DNA of 64,000 nt from a virus (Duplodnaviria > Heunggongvirae > Uroviricota > Caudoviricetes). Every line of letters begins with the position of its first letter. Position 1 is the stretch's first letter. Below, piece by piece: positions 1-10,535 of this stretch. A model generated the notes under the pieces. That model saw nothing but the letters and a program-made list of their open reading frames with translations. It had not been told where the DNA came from and did no database searches. The stretch lies in IMG/VR virus record IMGVR_UViG_3300026382_000001; one strand, 5' to 3'. Made by a program: the position numbers and the translations under genes.

Positions 1-459
1 CACTTTATCATAATTATATAAATTACCATGAATTTTTTTAAATTTTTGTATTACTTCGGAATCAGTTTTTTTAAAATTACCACCGCATTTTGGACATCCA
101 GTACCTTTTTTATGATCATTTGGTTTCTGGAAAAAACTTCCATGTTTCGAGCAAATTATTTCTACCTTGACCATAGATGTGGAATATTTAACTTTTGAAT
201 AATCGTATCTATCCCCATGAACTTTTTTAAAATCTATTATAGTTTCGGCTCTTGATTTATTTCTATTTTTTGAACATTTTGGGCAACCACAATTTTTCCA
301 ATGATCCGAAGGGTTTTGGAAAAAACTTCCATGTTTCGAGCAAATTATTTCTACTTTTTTAAAAGTACCCTTATAATTAACCTTCGAATAATTGTATTTA
401 TTTCCATGAACTTTTTTAAAGCGTTCTAGAACTTCTTCTTGTGTTAATTTTTTGGCCAT
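1..459 (-). CDS. DUF723-type Zn-ribbon repeat protein, putative homing endonuclease (partial, runs off the window; absent from ORF track)
   Basis: My translation from ATG at 459 with AAGGA SD: MAKKLTQEEVLERFKKVHGNKYNYSKVNY...VEIICSKHGSFFQ...CGCPKC, with a second copy of the unit and the start of a third. Confidence 0.75.
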   Translation of the reverse strand, partial: MAKKLTQEEVLERFKKVHGNKYNYSKVNYKGTFKKVEIICSKHGSFFQNPSDHWKNCGCPKCSKNRNKSRAETIIDFKKVHGDRYDYSKVKYSTSMVKVEIICSKHGSFFQKPNDHKKGTGCPKCGGNFKKTDSEVIQKFKKIHGNLYNYDKV

Positions 460-489
460 AAAATTTTTCCTTTAAATTACATGCGTTTT

Positions 490-603
490 TATCTATAGAT
501 AACTATCAATGGTATAACCATGTATAGTTATCTGTATAGATAACTATATTACTATCAGTACCACGCACTATTAATAGATAACTATTAATAGTTATCTATT
601 AAT
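490..603. repeat. palindromic intergenic repeat cluster A
   Basis: ATAGATAACTAT/ATAGTTATCTAT units and TACCACGCACTAT linker. Confidence 0.85.
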
Positions 604-614
604 TTTCCAAACTT

Positions 615-1844
615 TTAAATGCTTTTACAATTAAGGAATTTAATATAACTTAGAATACTAGTAATCATAATCTTACTATAACGATATTCATTTTGAGTAC
701 TAATATGTTTAGCATCTTCATTTGGGGCATGTAATACATTAATAGCAATACTAGTATTAAATTTTTTAAGTTTATCGAAGTACTCGTCTTTTCTAGAACT
801 AGTAATTCTATTAGCTAAGACTTCCATATTCATATTACATAATTCTTCTTCTGATCTAAGTTTAAGACCATTTAAAAGCAATTCAATATAATATTTTAAA
901 TCTTCTTTATTATCATCATCGTCTAAGTAATTATCAATTTTTTGAATAACTTGATTACTTAAAAAGAATTTTTTATAAAGTGCATCTTTAATAGGACTTT
1001 TCTCAATTACTCTAGTTTTTAATAAACCGTTTTTTATAATTTTATCAGAAAGTCTTTCTATAATATTATTAAAGTGTTCTTTCTTTTCAATCATTTCACC
1101 TGAGTTTTCATAAGAAGTACTATGTAATTCATGAACTGATTCCGATTTACCAGATTCAACAGCTTTGTAATAATTAGTAGCAAGGTTTTTAAATAGTTGG
1201 TTATAACGACTTCTAATAGTAGTAATAACTCTCTTTAAACCAGCGTAATGATGAACCGGATCATTAGCAATTTCTTTAGGATAATTGTTTTCTAGAGCAG
1301 GTAAAGTAACTTTCATAATATAATTTAATGGGCTACCAGCGCTTTTAAAGGAGTGGTTTCCCTGTAATTCATAGTTCATTACATATTGACTAATCTTAGG
1401 ATCACATATATTTGGAAAGAATCTAAGTTTGTAATAATTCCATATAAGAATACTCATAAGTAATAAAGCATATTGTCGAAGTTCCTCATCATTATTATCT
1501 AGGCCTATAAGATAAGCTACACAAAGAGTCATATAATAATCTTTAGTATATACAATCGAACCTTTTAAAGAAAATTGTTCCATCTCGTGTTTAAGTTCTC
1601 TTTCGTTAATACCATAAAGTTTAAATAAAAGATTTGGTAATTTTTTAGAAACTGGGAAATAATCACAAAATGAAGTATGTTGCATACTATCTTGCATTAC
1701 TTTATGACTAGCTAATTTTAAATAACCTTCTTTAAGTAATTGATAGGCATGCTTATCAGTTTTAAATTTATCTAAAAGTGCTACCATCGTAGGACTAAGT
1801 TTGGAACGATTAAGTGTCACTGGGCTTGATTTATAGTTTGACAT
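615..1844 (-). CDS. hypothetical protein (409 aa)
   Basis: Long ORF; ATG at 1844 follows an AAAAGG SD (track start at 1850 is TTG); no recognisable motif. Confidence 0.85.
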   Translation of the reverse strand: MSNYKSSPVTLNRSKLSPTMVALLDKFKTDKHAYQLLKEGYLKLASHKVMQDSMQHTSFCDYFPVSKKLPNLLFKLYGINERELKHEMEQFSLKGSIVYTKDYYMTLCVAYLIGLDNNDEELRQYALLLMSILIWNYYKLRFFPNICDPKISQYVMNYELQGNHSFKSAGSPLNYIMKVTLPALENNYPKEIANDPVHHYAGLKRVITTIRSRYNQLFKNLATNYYKAVESGKSESVHELHSTSYENSGEMIEKKEHFNNIIERLSDKIIKNGLLKTRVIEKSPIKDALYKKFFLSNQVIQKIDNYLDDDDNKEDLKYYIELLLNGLKLRSEEELCNMNMEVLANRITSSRKDEYFDKLKKFNTSIAINVLHAPNEDAKHISTQNEYRYSKIMITSILSYIKFLNCKSI

Positions 1845-1916
1845 ATTCAACCTTTTTGTTTTGATGTTATTTTATTTATAATATCTCTTTGTTTAATATA
1901 TCTATATAAGGTGAGT

Positions 1917-1928
1917 ATAGTTATCTAT
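1917..1928. repeat. single palindromic unit (reduced cluster B)
   Basis: atagttatctat lies between terminator and next gene. Confidence 0.45.
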
Positions 1929-1967
1929 TCATCTATATAGAAATTGTATAGATATACCTTTAAACTT

Positions 1968-2006
1968 CCACAGGAAATTATTGGAGAATTTCTTCTCCAA
2001 TAATTT
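1968..2006 (-). terminator. intrinsic terminator with TTTCCTGTG tail
   Basis: 14-bp stem with GAAA loop, after 2020-2673. Confidence 0.8.
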
Positions 2007-2019
2007 ATGTTATATTATA

Positions 2020-2673
2020 TTATACTTTTTCAAATACTAAATCGTAAATAAATGAGTTAGAGAAACCATACTTAAAGGTTCCACCGTTACTAAATCGACT
2101 GATGCCGAAATCATTTTGTATTCCTAAATTTCCTAAAGTATCATTAAAAGTAATTGAATAACTTTCAATTGTTTCTTTATCTGAATGTATTCCAGATATT
2201 TCGGTACCACTTGTAACACTAACACCATTCACGAGAATTTCTTTAATGTATTCCGTTCCAGTAATATTAATTTCTTTAGAATTTGATAAATAATAAGCTC
2301 TGACATACTTTCCATCTATAATGGTCACGAATACATAGTTGGCATCGTCTGTTCGGCTTCCTTTAAATTTGAAACTCACTTTATTAGCTTCTTTAATTAA
2401 ATCTAAATCTTTCTTTAATATTCTGAAATTTGGAGTAATTTCATCTCTATGTTCATAAATAATATTTATCGAATCTAGTTCAATTTTTTTAATTTCACAT
2501 TTTTCCAATCTGTCCACAATTTTTACAAAGTTTTCTTGGATTGGTTCATTCCAATTCTCAGTTTTATTACCTATTAAATTAAGTCCTTGATAATAAACTT
2601 TTTGCCAATCGGGAACTGTTAAAATAAGTCCATCTTTATTTACTACATCAAAAACGGTATTGTTTAAAGCCAT
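2020..2673 (-). CDS. virion structural/fibre-adaptor protein with N-terminal NWNEP domain
   Basis: VPDWQKVYYQGLNLIGNKTENWNEPIQENF is shared with 36492-36677 and 50144-50707. Confidence 0.6.
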   Translation of the reverse strand: MALNNTVFDVVNKDGLILTVPDWQKVYYQGLNLIGNKTENWNEPIQENFVKIVDRLEKCEIKKIELDSINIIYEHRDEITPNFRILKKDLDLIKEANKVSFKFKGSRTDDANYVFVTIIDGKYVRAYYLSNSKEINITGTEYIKEILVNGVSVTSGTEISGIHSDKETIESYSITFNDTLGNLGIQNDFGISRFSNGGTFKYGFSNSFIYDLVFEKV

Positions 2674-2743
2674 TTTTAATCCTTTTTTATTTATTTTTTG
2701 ACGTAAGAATTACAAAAGTCTTGTTTAACTTTTGTAATTAATA

Positions 2744-4162
2744 TTAATTTTTCTTAGTTTCTATAAGTTCTTTTCCATTATCTTCGGCATCTTCTGCTTC
2801 CTTTGGATCTTCAACTTCTTTATCAACTTCAACTTCTTTATCAGTTTCAACTTCTTTATCAGCTTGTTCAATATCTTCTTTAGCTGCATCTTCCCCATCA
2901 TGTAATTCTAATGAATCCATAACTTGATCATCTATATTAGCTTCGCCATCTGCTTCTATTTCTTCCTTAGCTTCTTCATCCGAAGGAATTACTTCAGTAG
3001 CATCTTCGATATCGTCTTCGACACTTTGTTCGGCATCAACTTCGTTTGCCTCATCTTCAGCTGCCTCAGATTCATCATCTTTTAAAGCATCGCTATGATC
3101 ACCTTTAAAATCTTCTGGTAATTCCCCATGATTTTCATCTTCGTCTGGAGTACCATCTTTATCTAAATCTTCTTTGACTTCAACTTTAGAACAACCTGGA
3201 ACATCTTCATCACCAGTAATAGAACATACTTTAGCAATCGCAGAATATTTTCCAGCATCGATATCATTATCTTCTCCAAGTTCTACATTTTTATCAAATG
3301 TAGTACCAGAAAGTAAAGTAGTCAATGAATCAATTTTCTCATGTAGTTTATGGAGTAATTCTTCTGCGTTTCCTGGAATATCTTTATAATCCGGAGTCTG
3401 TGTATCTATAAAAGATTCTATTTTTTGTTGAGCCCCTTCTGGAAGCATAACATCCTTTAAATGGTCACCAAGAACATTATTAAAACCTAAAACAGTTCCC
3501 ATTTTAGCTGGATCAATTTCACCAACCTCTTCACCAAGACCTTTATCTACTGAAATTTTAATAATTTTTTTAACCGGTTCCATATTTTCTTCAAGTAATG
3601 TACCATTAAGTAGTTTAAGTCTAAAATTTTCTTCTAAAGAATTTTTAAATTTATTATCATAAATAGCAAATGCTTCTGATTCAGTTAAAGTAGTATCTAA
3701 TGCTAAAGAAGTTAATCTGGGAGTAGTGTTAGTTTCTTTATAAAGATCAGCAGCAATTACTAAAGCTTCTTCAAGAATTCTATTATAAGTTTCTTTAGTT
3801 TCTTCGAATTTAAATCCTTCTTCAAGAGATTTTAAATAAGGAAGATCAATTCTAAATTTTTCTTTAAGTTTTTCTTCACTGTATTTATCAGTACTTAAAA
3901 ATGTTTTAGATTCTTCAATTTTTTGAAGTTTCTTAGCTTTATCAGCTGCACTAAAAATAAAATCTGGGTCAAATTTAGCTGATTTAGATTCTTCAAATTT
4001 TTGAACTTGAACAGATTCTTCTAAAACATTATTTTCTTTATCACCATCTTTAATTTTTTTAAGAGCGAGTCTAGAAGACTCCTCTATACTTTTACCGAAA
4101 TTTAATAATTCATTTGAATTCAAATACGAATCCATATCTAAATTTAATTTTTTAGTTCTCAT
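2744..4162 (-). CDS. acidic head scaffold/core-like protein
   Basis: Extremely D/E-rich C-terminus; repeated [ILF]EE[SAGN] motifs resembling prohead-protease sites. Confidence 0.45.
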   Translation of the reverse strand: MRTKKLNLDMDSYLNSNELLNFGKSIEESSRLALKKIKDGDKENNVLEESVQVQKFEESKSAKFDPDFIFSAADKAKKLQKIEESKTFLSTDKYSEEKLKEKFRIDLPYLKSLEEGFKFEETKETYNRILEEALVIAADLYKETNTTPRLTSLALDTTLTESEAFAIYDNKFKNSLEENFRLKLLNGTLLEENMEPVKKIIKISVDKGLGEEVGEIDPAKMGTVLGFNNVLGDHLKDVMLPEGAQQKIESFIDTQTPDYKDIPGNAEELLHKLHEKIDSLTTLLSGTTFDKNVELGEDNDIDAGKYSAIAKVCSITGDEDVPGCSKVEVKEDLDKDGTPDEDENHGELPEDFKGDHSDALKDDESEAAEDEANEVDAEQSVEDDIEDATEVIPSDEEAKEEIEADGEANIDDQVMDSLELHDGEDAAKEDIEQADKEVETDKEVEVDKEVEDPKEAEDAEDNGKELIETKKN

Positions 4163-4178
4163 AAGTTTTCCTTAATTT

Positions 4179-7100
4179 TTATCTATCTCTTCTTGAATAA
4201 TTATCTATATATGATCTTGGATCATTTTGTATTTGTTGACGCATCCTCGTTATATTATTTGGTTGAGTTTGTATTGGATTGAGGTGAGTTCCAAAACCAC
4301 CATTAGCTCCACCGGATATATTGTTTTGATTTAGTTCTGGTCTTGATGGAGGAACATTTGGCATTTCCATAATACTAAATTTAGATTCTATTTCTTTTGA
4401 AATTTCTTCCTCTTCCATACCTTGGTTACGAAGTTCTTCGATTTTTTCTAAGTACTGTTCGTAATTAAGTTCTTCTTTCATTTTATGTTCAACTTGATCA
4501 CCAAAACCACCAGCACCATAAAAATCAGTTTTAGCATCTTTAGTAATATTTAATCCAATATTCCCTAAACCTAAATCTAACTTATTTTCTAATTCTTTTT
4601 GTCTTTTATTTAATACTTCTCGAGCACGTTTTAATTTTTCACGATTAGCAATAGTATCATTATCTTTAACATCTTTTTCTGCTTTAATTAAAGCGTCTTT
4701 TTCTTTAGTAAGATCCTGAACTTTACCATTAAAATCATAATCGTTGCTAATATTGGCTTCGGTCCACCATTTTTTAGAATCCAATTTACAAATACTTCTT
4801 AATTGACTTTGTTTAATATCACTAGTAAAAGGAATTCCAGTAATTGCTAAATAATCTGGCATACTAAGACGAACTTTCCCACCACCAATTATCCAAACGG
4901 TATTTTGACTTAAACCTAATACATTATCTAAAATATATTTAATTTTTGCTTCCGTGGTATTTAATCTGACCACCGGTTTTCTTAATAAACCATTATAAAA
5001 TAATTTTTCTTTTGTGAGAACTATTAAATCATATAAAGTTTCTAAAGTCGTTATTCCAAATATAAAAGATTTAAAGTTATTTATATTTCTAGCCATTTTT
5101 CCAAGAACTGGATGTAAATCATTTAGTTCGTGTGAATACTGTAATTCATTTTGTTCTCGTATTTGAACTCTAGATAGTTTTAATAACATTGGTTTCCAAA
5201 TATAATTACAAAGTTTTTTATAACAATCTTCCAAAAATTTAATTGTCAATTGGTCATAATCAGCTTTGCTTAGTAAAGCTTTCAATTTGTCTTCGCCCGA
5301 GTTTAACGAAGTTTGAACTCCATCAGTACTAATAGCTGAATCAATTAAATTTAAATACATATCCATAAGATATCTTAAATCTACGGTAAGCTGTTGAATT
5401 AAACTATCAAGAACTTCTAAAGATTGTTTTTCGACAGCTGTCGAAGTTTTAATCTTTAATTTAATTTCTGAAAATTTAGTTAATGAAGTATGCAAATCCA
5501 TACAATTCATATTAAACCCACTTTCACCCAAATTAAATAATTTTCTTATATCATCATTAGTAAAGAATAAATTCATCATTAATGGATTCAAGAATATATT
5601 ACTAAGATCTTCGTAAATATTTCCAAATGAAGTTACTAAAGTATCAAATTTATTTTCAATTCCGCCAAGTATTTTGTTGGTTGCGTTTTGAGCTAGAGTA
5701 TCCATTTTAGTAACTATTACAGTTCTTCTTGCTTCAACGCTCGCATAATCTTGGTTTAATCTTGCCCAAGCATCTTGTGCATCGGTTAATTGTCTTCGAG
5801 CTGCGATAATTGCTGGATTCACAATAGTATTTGCATTAACTGGAATACCTCCAGTTAATGCATCCAAATTAGCCTGTGCTAATTGAACCTGTTCTCTAAT
5901 AGTATTTATTTGATCTAAAATAGTATTTAACTCATTTTTAATTTGAGCATAATCTGGATCTTTATTGTAATTATAAAATATATTTATTTCTTTAGTTAAC
6001 TGTCTTTCTATAATAGTTCTAATAGTTCCTGAAATAAAAGTAGTACAATCATCTTGCCAACTTTTATAAGATTGATCAAATAATGGTCTATCTATGGCTC
6101 CTCTGATAGTAGTAAGATTAGCTTCTGCATTATCACCAGTTAATATAATATCTTTATTAAAATTGATATCATGGTCTTGAATAATATCTTTTAAACCTAA
6201 TTCATTATAGGCTACTAATTCTTCAAATATTTTAATAATTGGTTGATAATGATTATAATCGGCCACTAATTCCATTCTTCTATCTCTAGAATAATTTCTA
6301 TGATTTAAATCTTCAACAAAATCATTTATTTCATTATGTTCTAACATAGTTTCAACAATTTTTAAAATAATTTCGGTACTTTGAAATTCATTATTACTTG
6401 CTCTAAGTCTATTTAATTCCACGGTTATTTGAGTACTTATAATTTTTACAAGTCCTCTAAATTTAGTATCATCTGGATTAAATTTATTAACTGATCTAGA
6501 ACTTAGTCTTGAAGTAAAGTTATTAAAATTAGCCGTTTTATTTTCATCGAATTCTTGTTTAGCAAAAGATACTAAATCATATATCGCTAAAAATACAGTA
6601 ACTGGATTTAAATCAAATTTTTGAATAAGTTTATAAAATCTCATAACTTGTACTAATTGCTTTCTTTTAAAATCCGAAAAAGCAATTGGATCTCTAGATC
6701 GAGAAACATCATTAAAAAGTACATCACTTTTAAAAAGATGAATAAATATATAAAGTACATTTATTACAGCGGCTTCATCAATTACCAATTCCTTAGTTCT
6801 ATCATTAATTAAATTATTAGTCAATAAAACAAAATTAAATTTATATTGAGAACTGATTTTATTCTTTGAAGAATTATCCCGCATATATTTTTCCATATAT
6901 ATTGGATAATATACCATCCCTTTATAAAAAGGAGCTTCTGATAATTGAATATAAAATGTTTTAAGTATTTTAAAAGCTCTTTTAGTAGCTTCTACATAAT
7001 TTTTATAATCTCCAGATCGTTGTCCAGTTTCTTGATTATCTAATCTTCCAGCAGTTGTATTAGCTTTAGCATTATTCATATTATTATTAGCCATACTAGC

Positions 7101-7274
7101 AATAACTTTTTCTGGAGTAATATAAAAAGTATTTTTCATAATACTTAGATTAGTAATAGCATTTGAAAATGATATACTATCTGAAAAATGTTTAAGTAAG
7201 TACTTATCTAAACATTCATGTTCCTCTTTTCTAATTTGGACAAGAGGAAAAGAACCAAATCTGATTAATTTCAT
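4179..7274 (-). CDS. large hypothetical protein (1031 aa), probably virion-associated
   Basis: Long helical/coiled-coil ORF co-transcribed with head-type genes. Confidence 0.7.
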   Translation of the reverse strand: MKLIRFGSFPLVQIRKEEHECLDKYLLKHFSDSISFSNAITNLSIMKNTFYITPEKVIASMANNNMNNAKANTTAGRLDNQETGQRSGDYKNYVEATKRAFKILKTFYIQLSEAPFYKGMVYYPIYMEKYMRDNSSKNKISSQYKFNFVLLTNNLINDRTKELVIDEAAVINVLYIFIHLFKSDVLFNDVSRSRDPIAFSDFKRKQLVQVMRFYKLIQKFDLNPVTVFLAIYDLVSFAKQEFDENKTANFNNFTSRLSSRSVNKFNPDDTKFRGLVKIISTQITVELNRLRASNNEFQSTEIILKIVETMLEHNEINDFVEDLNHRNYSRDRRMELVADYNHYQPIIKIFEELVAYNELGLKDIIQDHDINFNKDIILTGDNAEANLTTIRGAIDRPLFDQSYKSWQDDCTTFISGTIRTIIERQLTKEINIFYNYNKDPDYAQIKNELNTILDQINTIREQVQLAQANLDALTGGIPVNANTIVNPAIIAARRQLTDAQDAWARLNQDYASVEARRTVIVTKMDTLAQNATNKILGGIENKFDTLVTSFGNIYEDLSNIFLNPLMMNLFFTNDDIRKLFNLGESGFNMNCMDLHTSLTKFSEIKLKIKTSTAVEKQSLEVLDSLIQQLTVDLRYLMDMYLNLIDSAISTDGVQTSLNSGEDKLKALLSKADYDQLTIKFLEDCYKKLCNYIWKPMLLKLSRVQIREQNELQYSHELNDLHPVLGKMARNINNFKSFIFGITTLETLYDLIVLTKEKLFYNGLLRKPVVRLNTTEAKIKYILDNVLGLSQNTVWIIGGGKVRLSMPDYLAITGIPFTSDIKQSQLRSICKLDSKKWWTEANISNDYDFNGKVQDLTKEKDALIKAEKDVKDNDTIANREKLKRAREVLNKRQKELENKLDLGLGNIGLNITKDAKTDFYGAGGFGDQVEHKMKEELNYEQYLEKIEELRNQGMEEEEISKEIESKFSIMEMPNVPPSRPELNQNNISGGANGGFGTHLNPIQTQPNNITRMRQQIQNDPRSYIDNYSRRDR

Positions 7275-7289
7275 TTTGATTCCTTATTT

Positions 7290-7646
7290 TTAATTTTGAC
7301 CAGCTTGCCATTTTTGAGTAGCCTGAGAATAATATCTTTGAAGTATTTCATTTTTAGCATGTTTCCAAGCTCCACGAAAGTGTTTTAATCTTTCGTAAAG
7401 TGGATCATGATTTTTTTTAGCTAATGAAACGGCGATTGCACCAATAGCGGCATTTTTCTTACTTTCGTAAGAACGCATTTGCATACCAGCGGTAGTAGCT
7501 TCTTCAAGCATTCCATCAATAGTTTCTAAAATTTTTAAAGTATCTTGTAAATCTTCATTTACTTCAGATTCTTGTAAAACTTCCTCAACCTTTTCAGCGG
7601 TACTAAGTTCTTTTTTAACATCTTCTAAAATTTTATTAGCTGACAT
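7290..7646 (-). CDS. small virion (head) protein
   Basis: Acidic propeptide-like N-terminus (ILED, LQES, LEEA), then AAIGAIAVSLAKKNHDPLYERL, recalled from jumbo-phage virion proteins. Confidence 0.5.
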   Translation of the reverse strand: MSANKILEDVKKELSTAEKVEEVLQESEVNEDLQDTLKILETIDGMLEEATTAGMQMRSYESKKNAAIGAIAVSLAKKNHDPLYERLKHFRGAWKHAKNEILQRYYSQATQKWQAGQN

Positions 7647-7666
7647 AGTTTTCCTTTTTAATATAA

Positions 7667-9241
7667 TTAATCATATATACTTTTAATTTTTTTTCTAGTA
7701 GAATTACCTTTTTCATAATCTCTTACATTTTTAAGTTTATGATCTTTCCAAGATTCTTCGTATTTTGGTTCTTCGCCTTTAGCAATACTATCTTTAAGTT
7801 TATTATCATCTATAACCGCTCTTTGTTTTTCAGCGGCTTCATCAAGATCCAAATAAGCTTGTTTAATTTTTTGCTTTAAGTACATATAGAATTGATCAAG
7901 ATATTTATCTTGGAATAATTCTTGTTTATTTTCTTTTAATTTTTCAGCAATTTCGTCAACACTTAAAAGAACTTTACCAACTTTATACATTAAATCATTA
8001 ATATCTCTTCCATCAGTTTTAATATGTTCAAAAATATTATAATCTTTTCTACGAGAAGCTACTTTAACTTTTTCAAGAATATCCGTAGTCGTAATATCTT
8101 GAGACATAGCTACTTTAGCATATCCCAATAAAAGATCAAAAATATGATCATAAGTACATTTACGGAATTCGAAGAAACTTTTTTGAAAACTTGGATCATT
8201 CGCATCAATATTAAATAAAAATCCTAACATACTTTTATCAGTATCTTGAGGATTACCTAACCATTGCATACGACCAGTTTTTATCCAATTAGCAAAAGAA
8301 TTAAAACTAAATTTAAAACCTTGACGTTCAGTACTATCCATTACTTGAGCATGTTTAGTCCAACAATCATTGATAATCGTTTCTCTAGTATTTTCTTTTT
8401 CCTGAATATCTTTAATAAAATCTTTGATTTCATCTTTATCTAATTCATTTGTATTTTTAAGAATTTCCCCAACTTTACCATAAGGTTTTAATAACATTTC
8501 AGCAATTGCTCTAGTAGGTGAAATTAATTCTAAAGCTTTCCCTGGTCTCGAAGTACCACTTCTACCAAGCATTTTATATTTAATATTACTTGATCCAATT
8601 AGTTGGTAAGGGCTATATAAAGCAACCACGCCAAATAAAAGAGCTTCTTTAATAGTTCTTGCTAATCCTACAGTACTTCCAACAAAGAAATTACTAATAG
8701 CATCTTCAACTTTATCATAAGCTGCACCAAGATTTTTATAACCATTTTTAAAAGAATCTAAACTTTCTTCTAGTTGCAATTTACTTGCAAAAATAATACT
8801 TTCTGTTAATTCACTTCTTTTATCTTTTGGAAAATCGTTAAATATAAAATTTTCAATAAGGTAACGAGATGTACTTTCATATTTAATTTGAGAACTAAAA
8901 TCTAAATTGAATTGAGTACCTTCTTCAATCATTTCAAATTTTTTGAGAGTAAGACTCTCTTCGAATTTTTGAAAAGCTGGTAAAATAGTATTTTCAAACA
9001 GGTACTCTTTTATAAATTTAGTTTTTTGTTCGTCCGGAATACTTATTAATTTACCATAACCACTTTTCTTATCGTAATAAAATTCTTCGAAAAGTTTATC
9101 CGCATCTATATTATATGAACCCATTGTAGTTTCAAATATCAATTCATCATTTTTCAATAATTTACCATATTCGTAATTAACTATAGATTTGAATTTATTT
9201 TCAGTTTCTTTATTAAAGAAACCTTTATGTTCGTAAGCCAT
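7667..9241 (-). CDS. hypothetical protein, probably processed head protein
   Basis: 524 aa ORF with FEES/LEES/IEEG motifs. Confidence 0.6.
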   Translation of the reverse strand: MAYEHKGFFNKETENKFKSIVNYEYGKLLKNDELIFETTMGSYNIDADKLFEEFYYDKKSGYGKLISIPDEQKTKFIKEYLFENTILPAFQKFEESLTLKKFEMIEEGTQFNLDFSSQIKYESTSRYLIENFIFNDFPKDKRSELTESIIFASKLQLEESLDSFKNGYKNLGAAYDKVEDAISNFFVGSTVGLARTIKEALLFGVVALYSPYQLIGSSNIKYKMLGRSGTSRPGKALELISPTRAIAEMLLKPYGKVGEILKNTNELDKDEIKDFIKDIQEKENTRETIINDCWTKHAQVMDSTERQGFKFSFNSFANWIKTGRMQWLGNPQDTDKSMLGFLFNIDANDPSFQKSFFEFRKCTYDHIFDLLLGYAKVAMSQDITTTDILEKVKVASRRKDYNIFEHIKTDGRDINDLMYKVGKVLLSVDEIAEKLKENKQELFQDKYLDQFYMYLKQKIKQAYLDLDEAAEKQRAVIDDNKLKDSIAKGEEPKYEESWKDHKLKNVRDYEKGNSTRKKIKSIYD

Positions 9242-9276
9242 CTGTTTACCTTATTTTAAATTTTATTGTTCAAGAT

Positions 9277-9846
9277 TTAATAATCTTCTTCTAGTAATTC
9301 TTGTTGAATACTTTGTAATAATAGTTGTCCTGAATCAGTACCTGGTAAGCCAGTTTCATCAGTATTTAACGGATTCTGCATAGAACCACCCTTTAACATT
9401 TCTTGAATATCAGCAAGAACTGTATTAATATTCTCTTCCTCTTTTTTCTCTTCTTGAAGAACAGTACTAATTCTGATTCTATTTCCAAGATCTTTTTCAT
9501 TTATTTCTAAAAGAACTTTTCGGTACTTAAAAATCATATCTTCGTATTTAATAATAATATCTTTAAGTAATCCTAGATTTTCTATTTGTTTCATAAGATT
9601 AGCTTGTGTTTGACCAACCCATTTAAAATTTCCTGGATCAATGCTTTCTAATGTAGCATTAGTTCTAGTAATTATATTATTTAACATAGTTTCTTTAATT
9701 TCTAAATCTACTAATTTTCTTTCGTGTGCCTCAATCTTAGCTTGAATAGCCTCTTTTTGAGTATTTAGATCTTGGGAATAAATATTATAATTAATATTTG
9801 GAGCTACATCTTGTTCTGTAGTATTTGATGTTTGTTGAGATGCCAT
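9277..9846 (-). CDS. coiled-coil hypothetical protein
   Basis: 189 aa ORF with SD and heptad pattern. Confidence 0.7.
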   Translation of the reverse strand: MASQQTSNTTEQDVAPNINYNIYSQDLNTQKEAIQAKIEAHERKLVDLEIKETMLNNIITRTNATLESIDPGNFKWVGQTQANLMKQIENLGLLKDIIIKYEDMIFKYRKVLLEINEKDLGNRIRISTVLQEEKKEEENINTVLADIQEMLKGGSMQNPLNTDETGLPGTDSGQLLLQSIQQELLEEDY

Positions 9847-9874
9847 TTAAATTCCTTTATTATATAGGTTTTTG

Positions 9875-10294
9875 TTAATTTCCAAAATTAACGATAAGGT
9901 TTCTCTTACTTAGAACTTCGATCTCATCTTTATTTTTTAAAACGATATCTGCTAACTGTTCTAGTTTATTCGTTAGGTCGTTTAATTTATCATCTTTTTG
10001 TTGCTGTTCTCTTTCAAATTCAAAAACCTTTTCTCTTAATGAATCGTTATCAAATCGTAAATGATTTATTTGATCCTTTAGAATTTGAAATTTCTTTTCA
10101 ATACTTCTAGAATCTAATTGATATTGAGATGAAGAATAATGATCAACGTGATCGAATTGAGGTACTTCTGGAATATTTGGTGATATCATATCATAACTAT
10201 TATCCAAACCATACGGATTTTGAATGGATATTGTATTATTTAAATTACTATCCATTGATCTAGATCTAAAACTAAATTTATTTTCGTTTGTCAT
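9875..10294 (-). CDS. coiled-coil protein with C-terminal LIxNF motif
   Basis: ATG at 10294 after AAAGGAAA; ends EVLSKRNLIVNFGN. Confidence 0.7.
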   Translation of the reverse strand: MTNENKFSFRSRSMDSNLNNTISIQNPYGLDNSYDMISPNIPEVPQFDHVDHYSSSQYQLDSRSIEKKFQILKDQINHLRFDNDSLREKVFEFEREQQQKDDKLNDLTNKLEQLADIVLKNKDEIEVLSKRNLIVNFGN

Positions 10295-10304
10295 TTTATT
10301 TCCT

Positions 10305-10520
10305 TTATTCAAATTTTGCTATTAATGGTCGCTTTTCTAATTCATTTAATTTTTCTTCCAAATAATCATTTTTAGATATAAGTGTATCTATCCTAGTAAG
10401 TACTTTATTAAGTTGTTCTTCTAAAATACTAATTCTGGTTAAATGCTCAAAATTATTTGATTCAAGAACTCGAACTTGATTCTGTAACATTTCTTTTCCC
10501 GTTTCCAATAAGGTTGTCAT
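10305..10520 (-). CDS. small coiled-coil protein with C-terminal LIxxF motif
   Basis: 71 aa with SD; ends ELEKRPLIAKFE. Confidence 0.7.
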   Translation of the reverse strand: MTTLLETGKEMLQNQVRVLESNNFEHLTRISILEEQLNKVLTRIDTLISKNDYLEEKLNELEKRPLIAKFE

Positions 10521-10535
10521 TTTATTTCCTTTAAA

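Noticed and set aside
615-1844. Sigma-like or RNAP subunit call
   Set aside because: No recognisable sigma or RNAP motif; needs a profile search
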